A stretch of 64,000 nucleotides of DNA from the IMG/VR virus record IMGVR_UViG_3300042509_002293, positions 1-64,000 of that record; one strand, 5' to 3'. Shown here piece by piece: positions 54,414 through 63,642 of this stretch (positions within the stretch are counted from its first letter, which is position 1; each line of letters starts with the position of its first letter). The notes beneath the pieces are model-generated. The model worked only from the letters and a program-made list of their open reading frames with translations, searched no databases and was not told the origin of the DNA. Origin of the DNA: a virus. Made by a program: the position numbers and the translations under genes.

Positions 54414-54498
54414 CGAGTGACCCCCGGAGAAATCACATCGACGGCGTGAGCATCGAGCACACCGAGGTCATCCAGACCGTCCTGCATTGGAGGAAGAA

Positions 54499-54837
54499 GT
54501 GACCCAAGACATCAAGTTCGGAGAGTGGGTCGGCGGCTCCAGCCACGGCAGAAATGCCGGCGGCGACGCCCAGAACTTCCCAGCCTTGTCGTCTGTGCTG
54601 GTCGACGGATGGCACACGGGCTGGCTGGTCAGGCCGCACGGCGAGCGTCGGTTCGTGCTCCGCCTGGGGTGGTATCCCAGCGAGCGAGACTTTGACCTGG
54701 GGGTTCGCTACGACCCTGGCGACGGCGGGCGGAGCGCCGCCCGTGCCCGGAAGCGGGCCCTGCCGCTGATCGAGTGCTGGCTGTTCGGATTCCAGTGTGG
54801 TGACAGCAAGAAGGGAGGGTCCCGTGCCAAAGTCTGA
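54499..54837 (+). CDS. Hypothetical protein
   Basis: GGAGG RBS before GTG. Confidence 0.55.
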   Translation: MTQDIKFGEWVGGSSHGRNAGGDAQNFPALSSVLVDGWHTGWLVRPHGERRFVLRLGWYPSERDFDLGVRYDPGDGGRSAARARKRALPLIECWLFGFQCGDSKKGGSRAKV

Positions 54838-55270
54838 CTACGCGATCGTGGCCTACAGGCCGAGCATGTTCGGTAATGTCGTCTTCATCGTCGACCTCGA
54901 CCGTGGTGGCCGGAGCGTCACGAACGATGCCGAGAGGGTCTGGGCCGACGTCCAGGCGGAATACCCCGGCGCCCGGCTCGTCTACCGAGACACGATGGGG
55001 CGGTGGGACGAGATCGTGGGCGGCTCCAAGTTCAAGCCGTACCACGGCGACCGGCCGGCCGTCGAGGTCTGCGAGTGCTGCGAGCGAGTGTTTCATCGAT
55101 GGGACCGCTGCACGAACGGACGGTGCTCGTCCTGCCATCGGGAGCACTGCACAAGCGGCGGGGCGACCTGCCCCGGCCACGGCCGCCGGTGGCCAGAGGG
55201 CGTCTCGGGCGACGTCGAGCACGAGCGGAAGATCGGGAGCCTCCGGAAGAAGTACGGGGTGAAGGCATGA
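54824..55270 (+). CDS. Hypothetical protein with C-terminal zinc finger
   Basis: SVTNDAE...YRDTMG.WDEI; CECC...C..GRCSSCH. Confidence 0.65.
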   Translation: MPKSDYAIVAYRPSMFGNVVFIVDLDRGGRSVTNDAERVWADVQAEYPGARLVYRDTMGRWDEIVGGSKFKPYHGDRPAVEVCECCERVFHRWDRCTNGRCSSCHREHCTSGGATCPGHGRRWPEGVSGDVEHERKIGSLRKKYGVKA

Positions 55271-55563
55271 AACGCCGCCTCTCTGTCCAGAAATCCATGA
55301 ACGCCACCGGCGGCATCGTCGACGGCTGCCCGCCGTGTCGGCGGTGTGGCGGGCAGCTACGGTGTGACCGGAGGGCGGACTTCGATCCTCTGAAGCCTGA
55401 GTTCAGAGACTGGCACGAGTCCTGGGAGTGCTACGAGTTCGACCACGACGGAAAAACCTTCGAGGCCTTTTTCGTTCGGTGCGACTCGTGCTCCCGGACG
55501 AGCAACTACTGGCAGGAAAAACCGTTGACCAATACACCGATCCAGGAGACAATAGAGACATGA
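55267..55563 (+). CDS. Zinc-ribbon protein
   Basis: CRRCGG...CDSC. Confidence 0.55.
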   Translation: MKRRLSVQKSMNATGGIVDGCPPCRRCGGQLRCDRRADFDPLKPEFRDWHESWECYEFDHDGKTFEAFFVRCDSCSRTSNYWQEKPLTNTPIQETIET

Positions 55564-55832
55564 TTAAGAAACCCAAGTACGTCCTCGAACCGTCCACCGA
55601 GCGTCGCATCGCGGCCCGGGAGGCGGCCCGGATCCTCGACCTCTCGATGGGGCACCTGCGAAGCTTGGCTCGCAAGGAGATTCTCCGATCGTGGAAGATC
55701 GGCCCCAGCACCGTGCTGTACAGCCTCGACGAGATCGTGGCCTACGGCAAGGAGAAGGCCGAAGGCCGCCGGAAGGGGAAGGTCCGAGGCGCCCGCCCGC
55801 AGGGGTTCTCCCCGGACGCATCCGGCGAATAG
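55560..55832 (+). CDS. HTH DNA-binding protein
   Basis: AREAARILDLSMGHLRSLAR...YSLDEI; own candidate promoter TTGACC-17 nt-GACAAT at 55525-55553. Confidence 0.7.
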   Translation: MIKKPKYVLEPSTERRIAAREAARILDLSMGHLRSLARKEILRSWKIGPSTVLYSLDEIVAYGKEKAEGRRKGKVRGARPQGFSPDASGE

Positions 55833-55884
55833 GCCTGTTTTTGCGGGCTTTTTGTGACCAGTGTCATAGAGACTTGCCCCACAC

Positions 55885-55913
55885 TTGCAATGCACCGAGG
55901 CCGGTGCTATACT
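55885..55913 (+). promoter_or_regulatory. Repeated promoter-operator, copy 1
   Basis: TTGCAA-TGCACCGAGGCCGGTGC-TATACT. Confidence 0.85.
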
Positions 55914-55957
55914 CTTGGGGTCGGACGAAACCACCCGCCAACGAAGGACTGAAACCC

Positions 55958-57064
55958 ATGAACAACGTCGCCGCCGCCCCCGCCTGGAAGAGCTACTACG
56001 TCGGAGCCACCGTCGCCACCCCTGACGGCATCGAGTGGAAGATCATCGAGTGCCAGAAGCGGCCCACGGCCAAGGGCTACCAGAGCCGCGTGTTCACGCT
56101 GCTCGGTCCTGACGGACGCAAGGTCCGGAAGACCGCCCGTGGCATCACCCTGTTCTCAGCGGGGGTCGAGGTCAGCGAGGCGAAGCCCCAGGTCGTCGAG
56201 TTCGCCCCGGCGGAGCCTGTCGCTCCGGCCCCCGTGGTGGAGCCCGTCCCGGGTCAGGTCCGGCATGCCAACTACGGGGCCCTCCTACGGGCGGTCGCCG
56301 CGAAGTGCAACGTCTGGCTCGTCGGCCCGGCCGGCTCCGGCAAGACCTCGGCCGCCGAGAACGTGGCCAAGGACCTCGGCCTGCCCTTCTACTCGAAGAG
56401 CGTCGGCCCGCAGACCAGCGAGTCGAGCCTCCTGGGCTACCAGGACGCCAACGGACGCACGGTCCGGACGCTCCTCCGCGAGGCGTTTGAGCACGGCGGC
56501 GTGTTTCTCCTGGACGAGGTCGACGCGGCCAACCCGGCCGTCCTCGTCGTGATCAACGCCCTGCTCGCGAACGGCCACTGCGCGTTCCCGGACGGGGTCG
56601 TCGAGAAGCATCCGGACTTCACGCTGATCGCCGGCGCCAACACGATCGGCCAGGGTGCGGACCGCCAGTACGTCGGCCGGCAGCAGATCGACGCCGCGAC
56701 GCTCGACCGGTTCGTGAATCTCGTGTGGGACTACGATCCGGCGATCGAGGCCGCCGCCGCCGGCGTCCCGCTCGCCGCCGTGGCCGACGCCCCCAGGCCT
56801 GCGGCCATCGCGTTCGAGGTCGGCGTCACGCCCGCCGAGACCGAGCGGCGGGCCGCCGAGTACGTCCGGTACGTCGTGGCGGTCCGCAACGCCGTGGCGT
56901 CGTTCGGCAAGTCTGTCCGGTTCATCGTCAGCCCTCGGGCCAGCAAGCATGGGGCCGCCCTGGTCCGGGCCGGGTTCTCGATCGCGGACGCCTGCGAACT
57001 GGCGATCTGGAAGGGGCTCGACTCCGACACCCGGGCCAAGCTGGAGGCGGCCGCCGCACGCTAG
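55958..57064 (+). CDS. MoxR/CbbQ-like AAA+ ATPase
   Basis: GPAGSGKT, LLDEVD, HPDF.LIA.ANT.G.G...Y.GR...DAATLDRF, SPR. Confidence 0.9.
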   Translation: MNNVAAAPAWKSYYVGATVATPDGIEWKIIECQKRPTAKGYQSRVFTLLGPDGRKVRKTARGITLFSAGVEVSEAKPQVVEFAPAEPVAPAPVVEPVPGQVRHANYGALLRAVAAKCNVWLVGPAGSGKTSAAENVAKDLGLPFYSKSVGPQTSESSLLGYQDANGRTVRTLLREAFEHGGVFLLDEVDAANPAVLVVINALLANGHCAFPDGVVEKHPDFTLIAGANTIGQGADRQYVGRQQIDAATLDRFVNLVWDYDPAIEAAAAGVPLAAVADAPRPAAIAFEVGVTPAETERRAAEYVRYVVAVRNAVASFGKSVRFIVSPRASKHGAALVRAGFSIADACELAIWKGLDSDTRAKLEAAAAR

Positions 57065-57093
57065 TTGCAATGCACCGAGGCCGGTGGTATACT
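57065..57093 (+). promoter_or_regulatory. Repeated promoter-operator, copy 2
   Basis: TTGCAA-TGCACCGAGGCCGGTGG-TATACT. Confidence 0.85.
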
Positions 57094-57112
57094 CACACGA
57101 CCCCCAGGAGGA

Positions 57113-57946
57113 ATGCCCGTGATCCACAAGTTTGAGTCGTTCGAGAAGTTCATCGAGCAGGCCCTGGTCGTCCCGTCCAGGCAGGACAGTTCGAGCAGCC
57201 GGCAGACGCGAGAAGGCAAGGACCCGTGGCACGGGACGAACACCTTCGAGCAGGCTGTCGAGATCGCCCGGAAGGGGTGGCCGGAAGGGGCCGCCAAGGC
57301 CCTGGAGCTACGGGCCGAGGTCGAGTCGGCGGTCCGGGACCTGATCAACGCCCGGTCGAGTTCGTACACGTTCGACCTTGTCGGCGAGTACGTCGACATC
57401 GGCCGGCACCTGTCCGGCGAGCCGGAATGCTTCGGCACCGAGGTGACCGACGGCAGCAGCGTGTCGCGGCCGGTGGTCAAGATCGTGGCGAACCTCGCCG
57501 CCAGCGGCTCGATCAGCCCGAGGAGCCTGTTCGTCCGGGGGGCCGCGATCGTGGCCGCCATCGACATCCTGGAGGCCCTCGGCCGCCGTGTCGAGGTGTG
57601 GGTCGCCCACGGGTCCGCGACGCGTCGGGGCGGCGGCGCCACCCACGAGTCTCACGTCCTGGTCAAGAGTGCCGACCAGCCCCTCGACGTTGACAGGCTC
57701 AGCTTCGCCGTGGCCCACCCGGCCTGCCTGCGGCGGCTGTGTTTCTCTGTGATGGAGCAGCGTGGGCACCTGCCCAACTCGACCTACCCCCACAGCGTCA
57801 CGGTCGAGGGCGACGCCATCGTCACCAAGCACTCACTCCGGGGGTCCGACTTCTCGAAGCGGGAACTCCTGGAACTCGTGGCCGAGCTTTGCGGGCAGGC
57901 GGGGGTCGAGATTGACGAGGAAGAGGTGGATGCGGCCTGCCACTAG
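57113..57946 (+). CDS. vWA-like partner of the AAA+ ATPase
   Basis: G..VDI.R.LSGEPEC, ASGS, RGA...LE..G..VEV, HP..LRRL; follows MoxR-type ATPase. Confidence 0.6.
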   Translation: MPVIHKFESFEKFIEQALVVPSRQDSSSSRQTREGKDPWHGTNTFEQAVEIARKGWPEGAAKALELRAEVESAVRDLINARSSSYTFDLVGEYVDIGRHLSGEPECFGTEVTDGSSVSRPVVKIVANLAASGSISPRSLFVRGAAIVAAIDILEALGRRVEVWVAHGSATRRGGGATHESHVLVKSADQPLDVDRLSFAVAHPACLRRLCFSVMEQRGHLPNSTYPHSVTVEGDAIVTKHSLRGSDFSKRELLELVAELCGQAGVEIDEEEVDAACH

Positions 57947-57972
57947 ACAATGCACCGAGCCCGGCGTATACT
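57944..57972 (+). promoter_or_regulatory. Repeated promoter-operator, copy 3 (variant)
   Basis: TAGACA-ATGCACCGAGCCCGGCG-TATACT. Confidence 0.7.
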
Positions 57973-57997
57973 TGGGAAGTCACGAGGAGACATCGAC

Positions 57998-58213
57998 ATG
58001 AAAACGGTTCGCCCAATCTCGTTCTTCCCGCCGTCGTCCGGCAAGGGCAAGTGGCATGCAGCCGCAGCGTGCAGCACCCTGTCGGCGTGCGGCTCGGGGG
58101 CGACGGTCAACTCGCTCGGGTTTCAGCGGATTCAGGTCGAGGGTGGAGTCGAGGCGAAGTGGGTTCATCCGATTTGTTGCCGTCGGTGTCTGAAGCAAGC
58201 CTGTGGGGAGTAA
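57998..58213 (+). CDS. Small Zn-binding protein
   Basis: KWH...ACG...CRRC; GAGGAG RBS. Confidence 0.6.
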   Translation: MKTVRPISFFPPSSGKGKWHAAAACSTLSACGSGATVNSLGFQRIQVEGGVEAKWVHPICCRRCLKQACGE

Positions 58214-58217
58214 CGCG

Positions 58218-58733
58218 ATGCACTACAAATTCCTGCGAGTCACGAGCAACGAGGGCCGCTGCGAGAAGTGCGGCACCGTCTGCCCGAAGCGGCGTGTCGA
58301 GGTCCTGCCGGTCGACGCCGATGGCAATGCCTGCGGTGAAGTGCAACTCTGGGGCGTCAACTGCGCGGCCCAGGCCCGCTACGGCTCGAAGGCCCGCAAG
58401 TACCAGGAGCGGGTCGTGGTCGAGGCCGACACGGCCGAGCGGGAGCGGGCCTACCAGGAGCGGCAGAAGCTGGCTCGGGTCGCGGTCGTCGGCCAGAGCT
58501 ACGACTTCGGCGGGCCGGCCACGGTCGTCTTCTGCCGTGACGGGCTCGACAGCGAGGGCCTCGCCAACCGGCTCTACCGCCGGACCGGCCGCAGCCTCGT
58601 CGGCAGCTACTTCGCCCGTGGCCCCCGGGGAGAGGTCGTGCGGGTCGACGGCAGCGATGCCGCCGACGTGGCGTTCTTCGCGGAGCGGGGGTACGTTCAG
58701 GTCTCGAACCCGGTCGAGGAGGTGCTCCACTGA
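58218..58733 (+). CDS. Zinc-finger hypothetical protein
   Basis: CEKCG...WGVNCA. Confidence 0.65.
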   Translation: MHYKFLRVTSNEGRCEKCGTVCPKRRVEVLPVDADGNACGEVQLWGVNCAAQARYGSKARKYQERVVVEADTAERERAYQERQKLARVAVVGQSYDFGGPATVVFCRDGLDSEGLANRLYRRTGRSLVGSYFARGPRGEVVRVDGSDAADVAFFAERGYVQVSNPVEEVLH

Positions 58734-58933
58734 GCGACCTGCGCCACGGCGACAAAGTGAAGGTCCTGGTCGACGGCCAGTGGGTCGAGGCGACGCTCAC
58801 CCACCCGTCCCTACAGCTTCCCAGGGGCATGGGGGAGGCGTGGCACTTCACGCTCGATCCCGAGTGTCCGGCCGAGCCCGGCCGAGACTGGGCCCCGGCA
58901 AAAGACATCAAAAAGGCCGACTAAAGCCCGGGG

Positions 58934-58962
58934 TTGCAATGCACCGATAACGGTGGTATACT
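58934..58962 (+). promoter_or_regulatory. Repeated promoter-operator, copy 4
   Basis: TTGCAA-TGCACCGATAACGGTGG-TATACT. Confidence 0.85.
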
Positions 58963-58985
58963 TGGGCCACCCCAGGAGAAAAGCC

Positions 58986-59945
58986 ATGACCGACCTCACC
59001 AAGCTTTCGCCGTCCGAAGTCGACACGATCTACCTGGAGCGGCTTGCGGCCCTCCAGCGGGCATGGAGGGAGGTCGAGTACGCCTCCCTCGCCGTCCTGC
59101 GTGAGTCTGGCCGAGGCATCACCGTCGAGGTCGCGAACCGCAAGGGCTACCCGGTCCACGAGACCGTCTACGTCCACCCGTCGTTCGGGCAGACGCTCCA
59201 GGCGTGGTATCGGACCTACAAACTCGACGACGTCCGCGTCCACGTCCTGACCGTCGAGCGGTGCCTCGCCGAGGGGCTCGCCCCCGCCGCCGCCGCAAAG
59301 CTGGCCCAGGCCGAGGCCGCCTGCCGCGACGCCCAGGCGGCCTGCCACGAGGTCGAGACGGAGTACGATCGCCGCCCCTGGAGCCGCTACTGGCTCGTCA
59401 CGTCAAGCGACGGGCACATCCACCGGTCGACGTGCTGCTCGACCTGCAACAAGGGCCTCAACCGCACCGGGTTCGCCCTGACGCCGTTTCTGAGCGGCAA
59501 GGCCGACTCCGATGCCGTGGCGGACCTGGGCCCGGCCCTGTGCTCGGTCTGCTTCCCTGAGGCCCCTGTCGAGTCGAAGGAGCAGGCCCGCATCCCGGCC
59601 CGGCTCGCCCTGGCCCTCGCCGAGGAGGGCGTCGAGGCCTTCCAGAAGGCCCGCCAGGAGGCCGCCGCCAAGCAGGCCGCCCGGTGCCCCGGCTCGGGTC
59701 AGCAGGGCCTCCCAGGCAGCCACAGGGCCTTCCACAAGTGCCCGGTCTGTGGCGAGTCTCAGCGGGCCACCCCGGGCGGCAAGTTCCGGCCCCACAAGCC
59801 GGCCCGGTTCAACGTCGAGAACGCCGACTACAAGGCCTGGAACGGCTCGGCCTGGGGCCCGAAGACGAAGGCCGCGATCTACGGGTCGCTCGAAGAGGCC
59901 GAGGCGGTGGCGGCCCAGGTCGGCGGCACGGCGAGGAGGAAGTGA
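58986..59945 (+). CDS. Cys/His-rich hypothetical protein
   Basis: WSRYWLV..SDGHIH...CSTC, LCSVCFP.AP, CPGSG...CPVCG...RPH. Confidence 0.75.
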   Translation: MTDLTKLSPSEVDTIYLERLAALQRAWREVEYASLAVLRESGRGITVEVANRKGYPVHETVYVHPSFGQTLQAWYRTYKLDDVRVHVLTVERCLAEGLAPAAAAKLAQAEAACRDAQAACHEVETEYDRRPWSRYWLVTSSDGHIHRSTCCSTCNKGLNRTGFALTPFLSGKADSDAVADLGPALCSVCFPEAPVESKEQARIPARLALALAEEGVEAFQKARQEAAAKQAARCPGSGQQGLPGSHRAFHKCPVCGESQRATPGGKFRPHKPARFNVENADYKAWNGSAWGPKTKAAIYGSLEEAEAVAAQVGGTARRK

Positions 59946-59947
59946 GG

Positions 59948-60145
59948 ATGAACAAAATCACCTGGGATGACTGCCGCAAGGGCGACGAACTATCGGCCAG
60001 CCTGGACGGACGATTCACGATCCGCTTCCGCCTAGCTGCCGATGGCAAGCCTGTCCGGCTGAGGATGAATGGCGAGTACATGGGGTCGTTCAGCACGATC
60101 GCGGCGGCCAAGAGACACGCCTCAAGACTGGCGAAGGTGAAGTGA
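59948..60145 (+). CDS. Hypothetical protein
   Basis: F.T.AAAK motif; coupled genes. Confidence 0.55.
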   Translation: MNKITWDDCRKGDELSASLDGRFTIRFRLAADGKPVRLRMNGEYMGSFSTIAAAKRHASRLAKVK

Positions 60146-60390
60146 TGGAACTCGAAGAACCTCTCGATCCGAAGGAAGCCGCCGCCGCCATCCGAGGCAT
60201 CGTGACGAACTGGCGGACCTGCACCCAGGCCGCCGGGCTCGCCAGGAAGGCCGGGAGGGGCCAGGACGCCGTCGAGCCCCTGGCGACCGCCGTGGCCGCG
60301 ATCATCGAGGCGGCGGCGTGGCTGTCCCAGGGCGACGGCGAGGACCGGCTCACCCTGGCCCGAGCCGTGGCGGAGAGCCTTGTGTCATAG
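60145..60390 (+). CDS. Hypothetical protein
   Basis: Ends in the repeat-derived GTGTCATAG. Confidence 0.55.
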   Translation: MELEEPLDPKEAAAAIRGIVTNWRTCTQAAGLARKAGRGQDAVEPLATAVAAIIEAAAWLSQGDGEDRLTLARAVAESLVS

Positions 60391-60482
60391 GCCGAAAACG
60401 GCCCCCTTGCAATGCACCGACATCGGTGCTATACTTGGGGCAGACGGGACGAGACACCACTAACCAGGAGACGACCAGTGAA
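60382..60482 (+). repeat. Stop-promoter-operator-RBS-start repeat A (promoter 60407-60435)
   Basis: GTGTCATAG..CCCCTTGCAATGCACCGACATCGGTGCTATACTTGGGGCAGACGGGACGAGACACCACTAACCAGGAGACGACCAGTGAA. Confidence 0.9.
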
Positions 60483-61212
60483 CACCGCCACCAGCTACAC
60501 CGCCGCCCAGGGGTTCGCCGCTCTCGCCGCCATCAAGTCGGCCAAGGCCAAGTACGACGCCATCGCTTCGCGAGACGCGGTCGGCGGGTTCCGCCACTGC
60601 CCCGACGCGAAGGTCGCTGCCGAGTACCACTCGGCTGGCCAGAAGCTGTTCGAGGTCGCCGACTACTTCTTCGCGACACTCACCGGCTTCAAGACGCTGA
60701 ACGAGTGCCTCGACGCCCAGGGGCACGGCTACCGCCCGACGTTTCGCGAGGAAGGCGGCAAGGACGCCGAGGTCGTGTTTCTCGCCGAGGTCTACGACTA
60801 CCTCGCCGAGACTCGCGGATTGCCGCTTCGGGCCTACCGGCCCGAGCAGGCTGTCCCGGCCAAGCTGACCCTCGCCTCGATCAAGGCGAAGCTTCGAGAC
60901 CTTCGCGAGGAAGCGCACCGCGAGACTCGGTCGATCGACGCTAAGTATTTTCGATCGAGCGGCCACGAGGTTCGCCTCGGCGGCGGCCCGGACGGCTATT
61001 ACGAGTACGGCGGCGCCTGGGACGGGACGCTCAAGGACCTGAAGGACCACGCCGAGCGGTGCCGCAGCAAGGGAGGGGACACCGTCGACATCGGGGGGCA
61101 ATGGCTCTGCGGAAACGACCTCAACGACACGTTCGACCCCACCGACTGCGAGTGGTTCGTCAGCCTGACCGTCGACGAGATCCTGGGGATCGGCAGGAAG
61201 GCCGTGTCATAG
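60478..61212 (+). CDS. Hypothetical protein
   Basis: GTG start and RBS supplied by repeat A; ends AVS* in repeat B. Confidence 0.75.
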   Translation: MNTATSYTAAQGFAALAAIKSAKAKYDAIASRDAVGGFRHCPDAKVAAEYHSAGQKLFEVADYFFATLTGFKTLNECLDAQGHGYRPTFREEGGKDAEVVFLAEVYDYLAETRGLPLRAYRPEQAVPAKLTLASIKAKLRDLREEAHRETRSIDAKYFRSSGHEVRLGGGPDGYYEYGGAWDGTLKDLKDHAERCRSKGGDTVDIGGQWLCGNDLNDTFDPTDCEWFVSLTVDEILGIGRKAVS

Positions 61213-61292
61213 CCCCTTGCAATGCACCGAGACCGGTGCTATACTTGGGGCAGACGGGACGAGACACCACTAACCAGGAGACGACCAGTGAA
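61204..61292 (+). repeat. Repeat B (promoter 61217-61245)
   Basis: Near-identical to repeat A. Confidence 0.9.
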
Positions 61293-61557
61293 CGCCACAA
61301 ACGCCTTCCGCGACCAAGTCAATCAGCGAATCACGCTCGTCGTCCGCATTGCCAAAGACGAAAGCGGCCGCCCGAGGGCGCACACGTTCAACGAAGCCCG
61401 ATATGCGATTCTTGAAGGCCAGGACAGAGTCAAGTTTAGCGCTCGCATCCCGATGTTCGGGCTGTCTGAATTCCGGGAGGTTTCCGCTCGCGTCCACCAC
61501 GTCGGATTCGACGGCACTGTCTACCTCAAGAATGTTCGCCTGCGAAAGTCCCGCTGA
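61288..61557 (+). CDS. Hypothetical protein
   Basis: Start supplied by repeat B; lower GC. Confidence 0.65.
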   Translation: MNATNAFRDQVNQRITLVVRIAKDESGRPRAHTFNEARYAILEGQDRVKFSARIPMFGLSEFREVSARVHHVGFDGTVYLKNVRLRKSR

Positions 61558-61588
61558 TTGTCCGGACACGCCAACCAGGAGCCCGCTC

Positions 61589-61891
61589 GTGACCACCTTC
61601 AAAACCACCATCCGCTGCGGAGACACGCTCCACGTCCTCGTGGCGGGCACGGCCCAGGAACTGGCCTCCCTGGCTTCCAGGACGGCCTCGAAGCTCCTGA
61701 GGGCCAACGGCGACGCCGTCCAGGCCCAGGACGGCTCGTCGACCTGGATCGTCGACGAGGAGGTCCACCCGGCGGTCTGGCACCAGGACGGCAACCGGGT
61801 CCGGGCGGTCCGGGTCCAGTACCACCGGGACACGGCCGGGAAGGTCTCGAAACAGGCCCTCCGGAACGTGTGGATTTCGGCCGTGTCATAG
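61589..61891 (+). CDS. Hypothetical protein
   Basis: CAGGAG RBS; ends AVS* in repeat C. Confidence 0.6.
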   Translation: MTTFKTTIRCGDTLHVLVAGTAQELASLASRTASKLLRANGDAVQAQDGSSTWIVDEEVHPAVWHQDGNRVRAVRVQYHRDTAGKVSKQALRNVWISAVS

Positions 61892-61972
61892 CCCCCTTGC
61901 AATGCACCGAGGTCGGTGCTATACTTGGGGCAGACGGGACGAGAAACCACCAACCGGGAGACGGCCAGTGAA
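61883..61972 (+). repeat. Repeat C (promoter 61897-61925)
   Basis: Few mismatches to repeats A and B. Confidence 0.9.
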
Positions 61973-62660
61973 TATCCACTTCGACATCAACGCGACCAGC
62001 CAGACCGAGTGGTACGACATCCGGTGCGACAAACTGCCCGGCCAGGAACTTGGCTACATCTACCTCTGCCCCGGCTACGGCGGCAGCTACTGCTACACCA
62101 TCAAGACGCAGTCGGCATACAAGCGGCATCGCGGCGCCCTCCGCAGCCGCCTGTTCAAGACCCTCGACGAGGCAAAGCAGGCCGCGAAAGCCACCGTCGC
62201 CCGTCGGCTGAAGCAGGAGCGGGACGCGGAGCCCGTCAAGCACGGCTGCGGCCACTACTACAAGGGCGGCCCGAGGTGGTACTACGTCTACGTCGGGAGC
62301 AAGGGAGAGGCCCTCTGCTACCCGCAGCCGGCGGCCTCGAAGAAGGACGCCCTGGCGAAGCTCCAGACCCTGCCGCTCTGGGTCAAGCACCCGGTGGACG
62401 TCGTCGAAGGCGTAGTCCGCTGGAAGTCGAACGGCAGCGTGCCGCCGGCTGACTGCCGGGAGAAGCTCCGGGCCGAGGGGGTCCGATTCGACGAGGCCAA
62501 GTCTGCGGCCGCCGACAAGGCCGACTTGGAGGCTCTGCTCGCCGAGTGCCGCAGCCGCCCCCGGGACGACAGCCCCGAGGCCCAGTTCGAGCGACGGGCC
62601 GCGTTCGGGCCTGGGCAGACGATCGTCGACGTCCTCGGCGGTCATCGGTACGAGACCTGA
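61968..62660 (+). CDS. Hypothetical protein
   Basis: Start supplied by repeat C; C-terminal RW.SN..VPP.D...E.RAAFGPG..IVDV..G. Confidence 0.75.
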   Translation: MNIHFDINATSQTEWYDIRCDKLPGQELGYIYLCPGYGGSYCYTIKTQSAYKRHRGALRSRLFKTLDEAKQAAKATVARRLKQERDAEPVKHGCGHYYKGGPRWYYVYVGSKGEALCYPQPAASKKDALAKLQTLPLWVKHPVDVVEGVVRWKSNGSVPPADCREKLRAEGVRFDEAKSAAADKADLEALLAECRSRPRDDSPEAQFERRAAFGPGQTIVDVLGGHRYET

Positions 62661-62669
62661 GGAGCCCCC

Positions 62670-62698
62670 TTGCAATGCACCGGCCTCGGTGATATACT
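62670..62698 (+). promoter_or_regulatory. Repeated promoter-operator, copy 8
   Basis: TTGCAA-TGCACCGGCCTCGGTGA-TATACT. Confidence 0.85.
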
Positions 62699-62736
62699 GC
62701 CCCCAGTCGCCCACCACTCACGAAAGGACCTGACCC

Positions 62737-63600
62737 ATGAGCAACGCCCGCACCGACGTCCATGCCCCGGCCGCCGCTGGCTTCGACCCCGAGGCTTACG
62801 CCTGCTACGGCTGCTTCGACAACGGCGAGCCGTTCTCGGCCCGCGAGCGGCATGAGGCCGTGAAGTCCCTCCGGGATCGCGGATTCAAGTGCGGCCACGG
62901 CTCCAGCGGTCAGTGCGGCCACTGCGGTGCCCATATCCGCTACACCGCCCTGCTCGCCCGCGAGGACGTGAAGGAGTTCATCTTCGTCGGCGAGGACTGC
63001 CTGGGGAACCGGTTCTCCGGCATCACCGCCGGGCAGTTCCAGGAGCTTCGCCGGCGGGCCGCGCTCAATCGGGAGCGGGCCGGCAAGGAAGAGCGGATCG
63101 AGCGGCTCCAGGCCGAGCACGCCTGCCTCAAGCGGCTCGTCGAGGACGGCAGCCACGGCAGCGAGTTCCTGTCCGACGTCCGATCCAAGTTCCTCGCGAA
63201 CGGTCGCCTGAGCGACGCCCAGGTCGCCGCCGTTGGCCGGGCGTTCGAGGGCATCGACCGTCGCGCCAAGTGGGACGCCGAGCGTCGCGAGCGGGCCGCC
63301 GCCCTGGTGGCCGCCGGGGTCCGGGCCCCGCAGGGGCGGGTCGAGGTGGTCGGCCAGATCGTCTCGGCCAAGTCTCAGCTTAACGCCGTCGGCGAGCCCT
63401 GCGTGAAGATCGTGATCCGCACCGACGCCGGCTGGTCGGCCTGGGTCACGCTCCCGTCGGCCCTCGACGACGGCAGCGACGTGAAGGGGCGACGGATCAA
63501 GCTGTCCGCGACCCTGACGCCGTCGGACAAGGACGCCACGTTCGCGTTCGGGAAGAGGCCGACGAAGGCGGCTTTTCTCGACGCGGCGGCCACTGCCTGA
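62737..63600 (+). CDS. Zn-finger protein with OB-fold-like C-terminus
   Basis: CGHCG.HIRY...VGEDC; FL.D...LSDAQ; F.FGKRPTKA. Confidence 0.7.
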   Translation: MSNARTDVHAPAAAGFDPEAYACYGCFDNGEPFSARERHEAVKSLRDRGFKCGHGSSGQCGHCGAHIRYTALLAREDVKEFIFVGEDCLGNRFSGITAGQFQELRRRAALNRERAGKEERIERLQAEHACLKRLVEDGSHGSEFLSDVRSKFLANGRLSDAQVAAVGRAFEGIDRRAKWDAERRERAAALVAAGVRAPQGRVEVVGQIVSAKSQLNAVGEPCVKIVIRTDAGWSAWVTLPSALDDGSDVKGRRIKLSATLTPSDKDATFAFGKRPTKAAFLDAAATA

Positions 63601-63642
63601 TTGTCTGGATACGTCACCCATCAAGAACAGGAGACACGACTC

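Noticed and set aside
60382-61972. CRISPR or IS terminal repeats
   Set aside because: Direct repeats made of promoter and RBS elements separated by genes; no transposase
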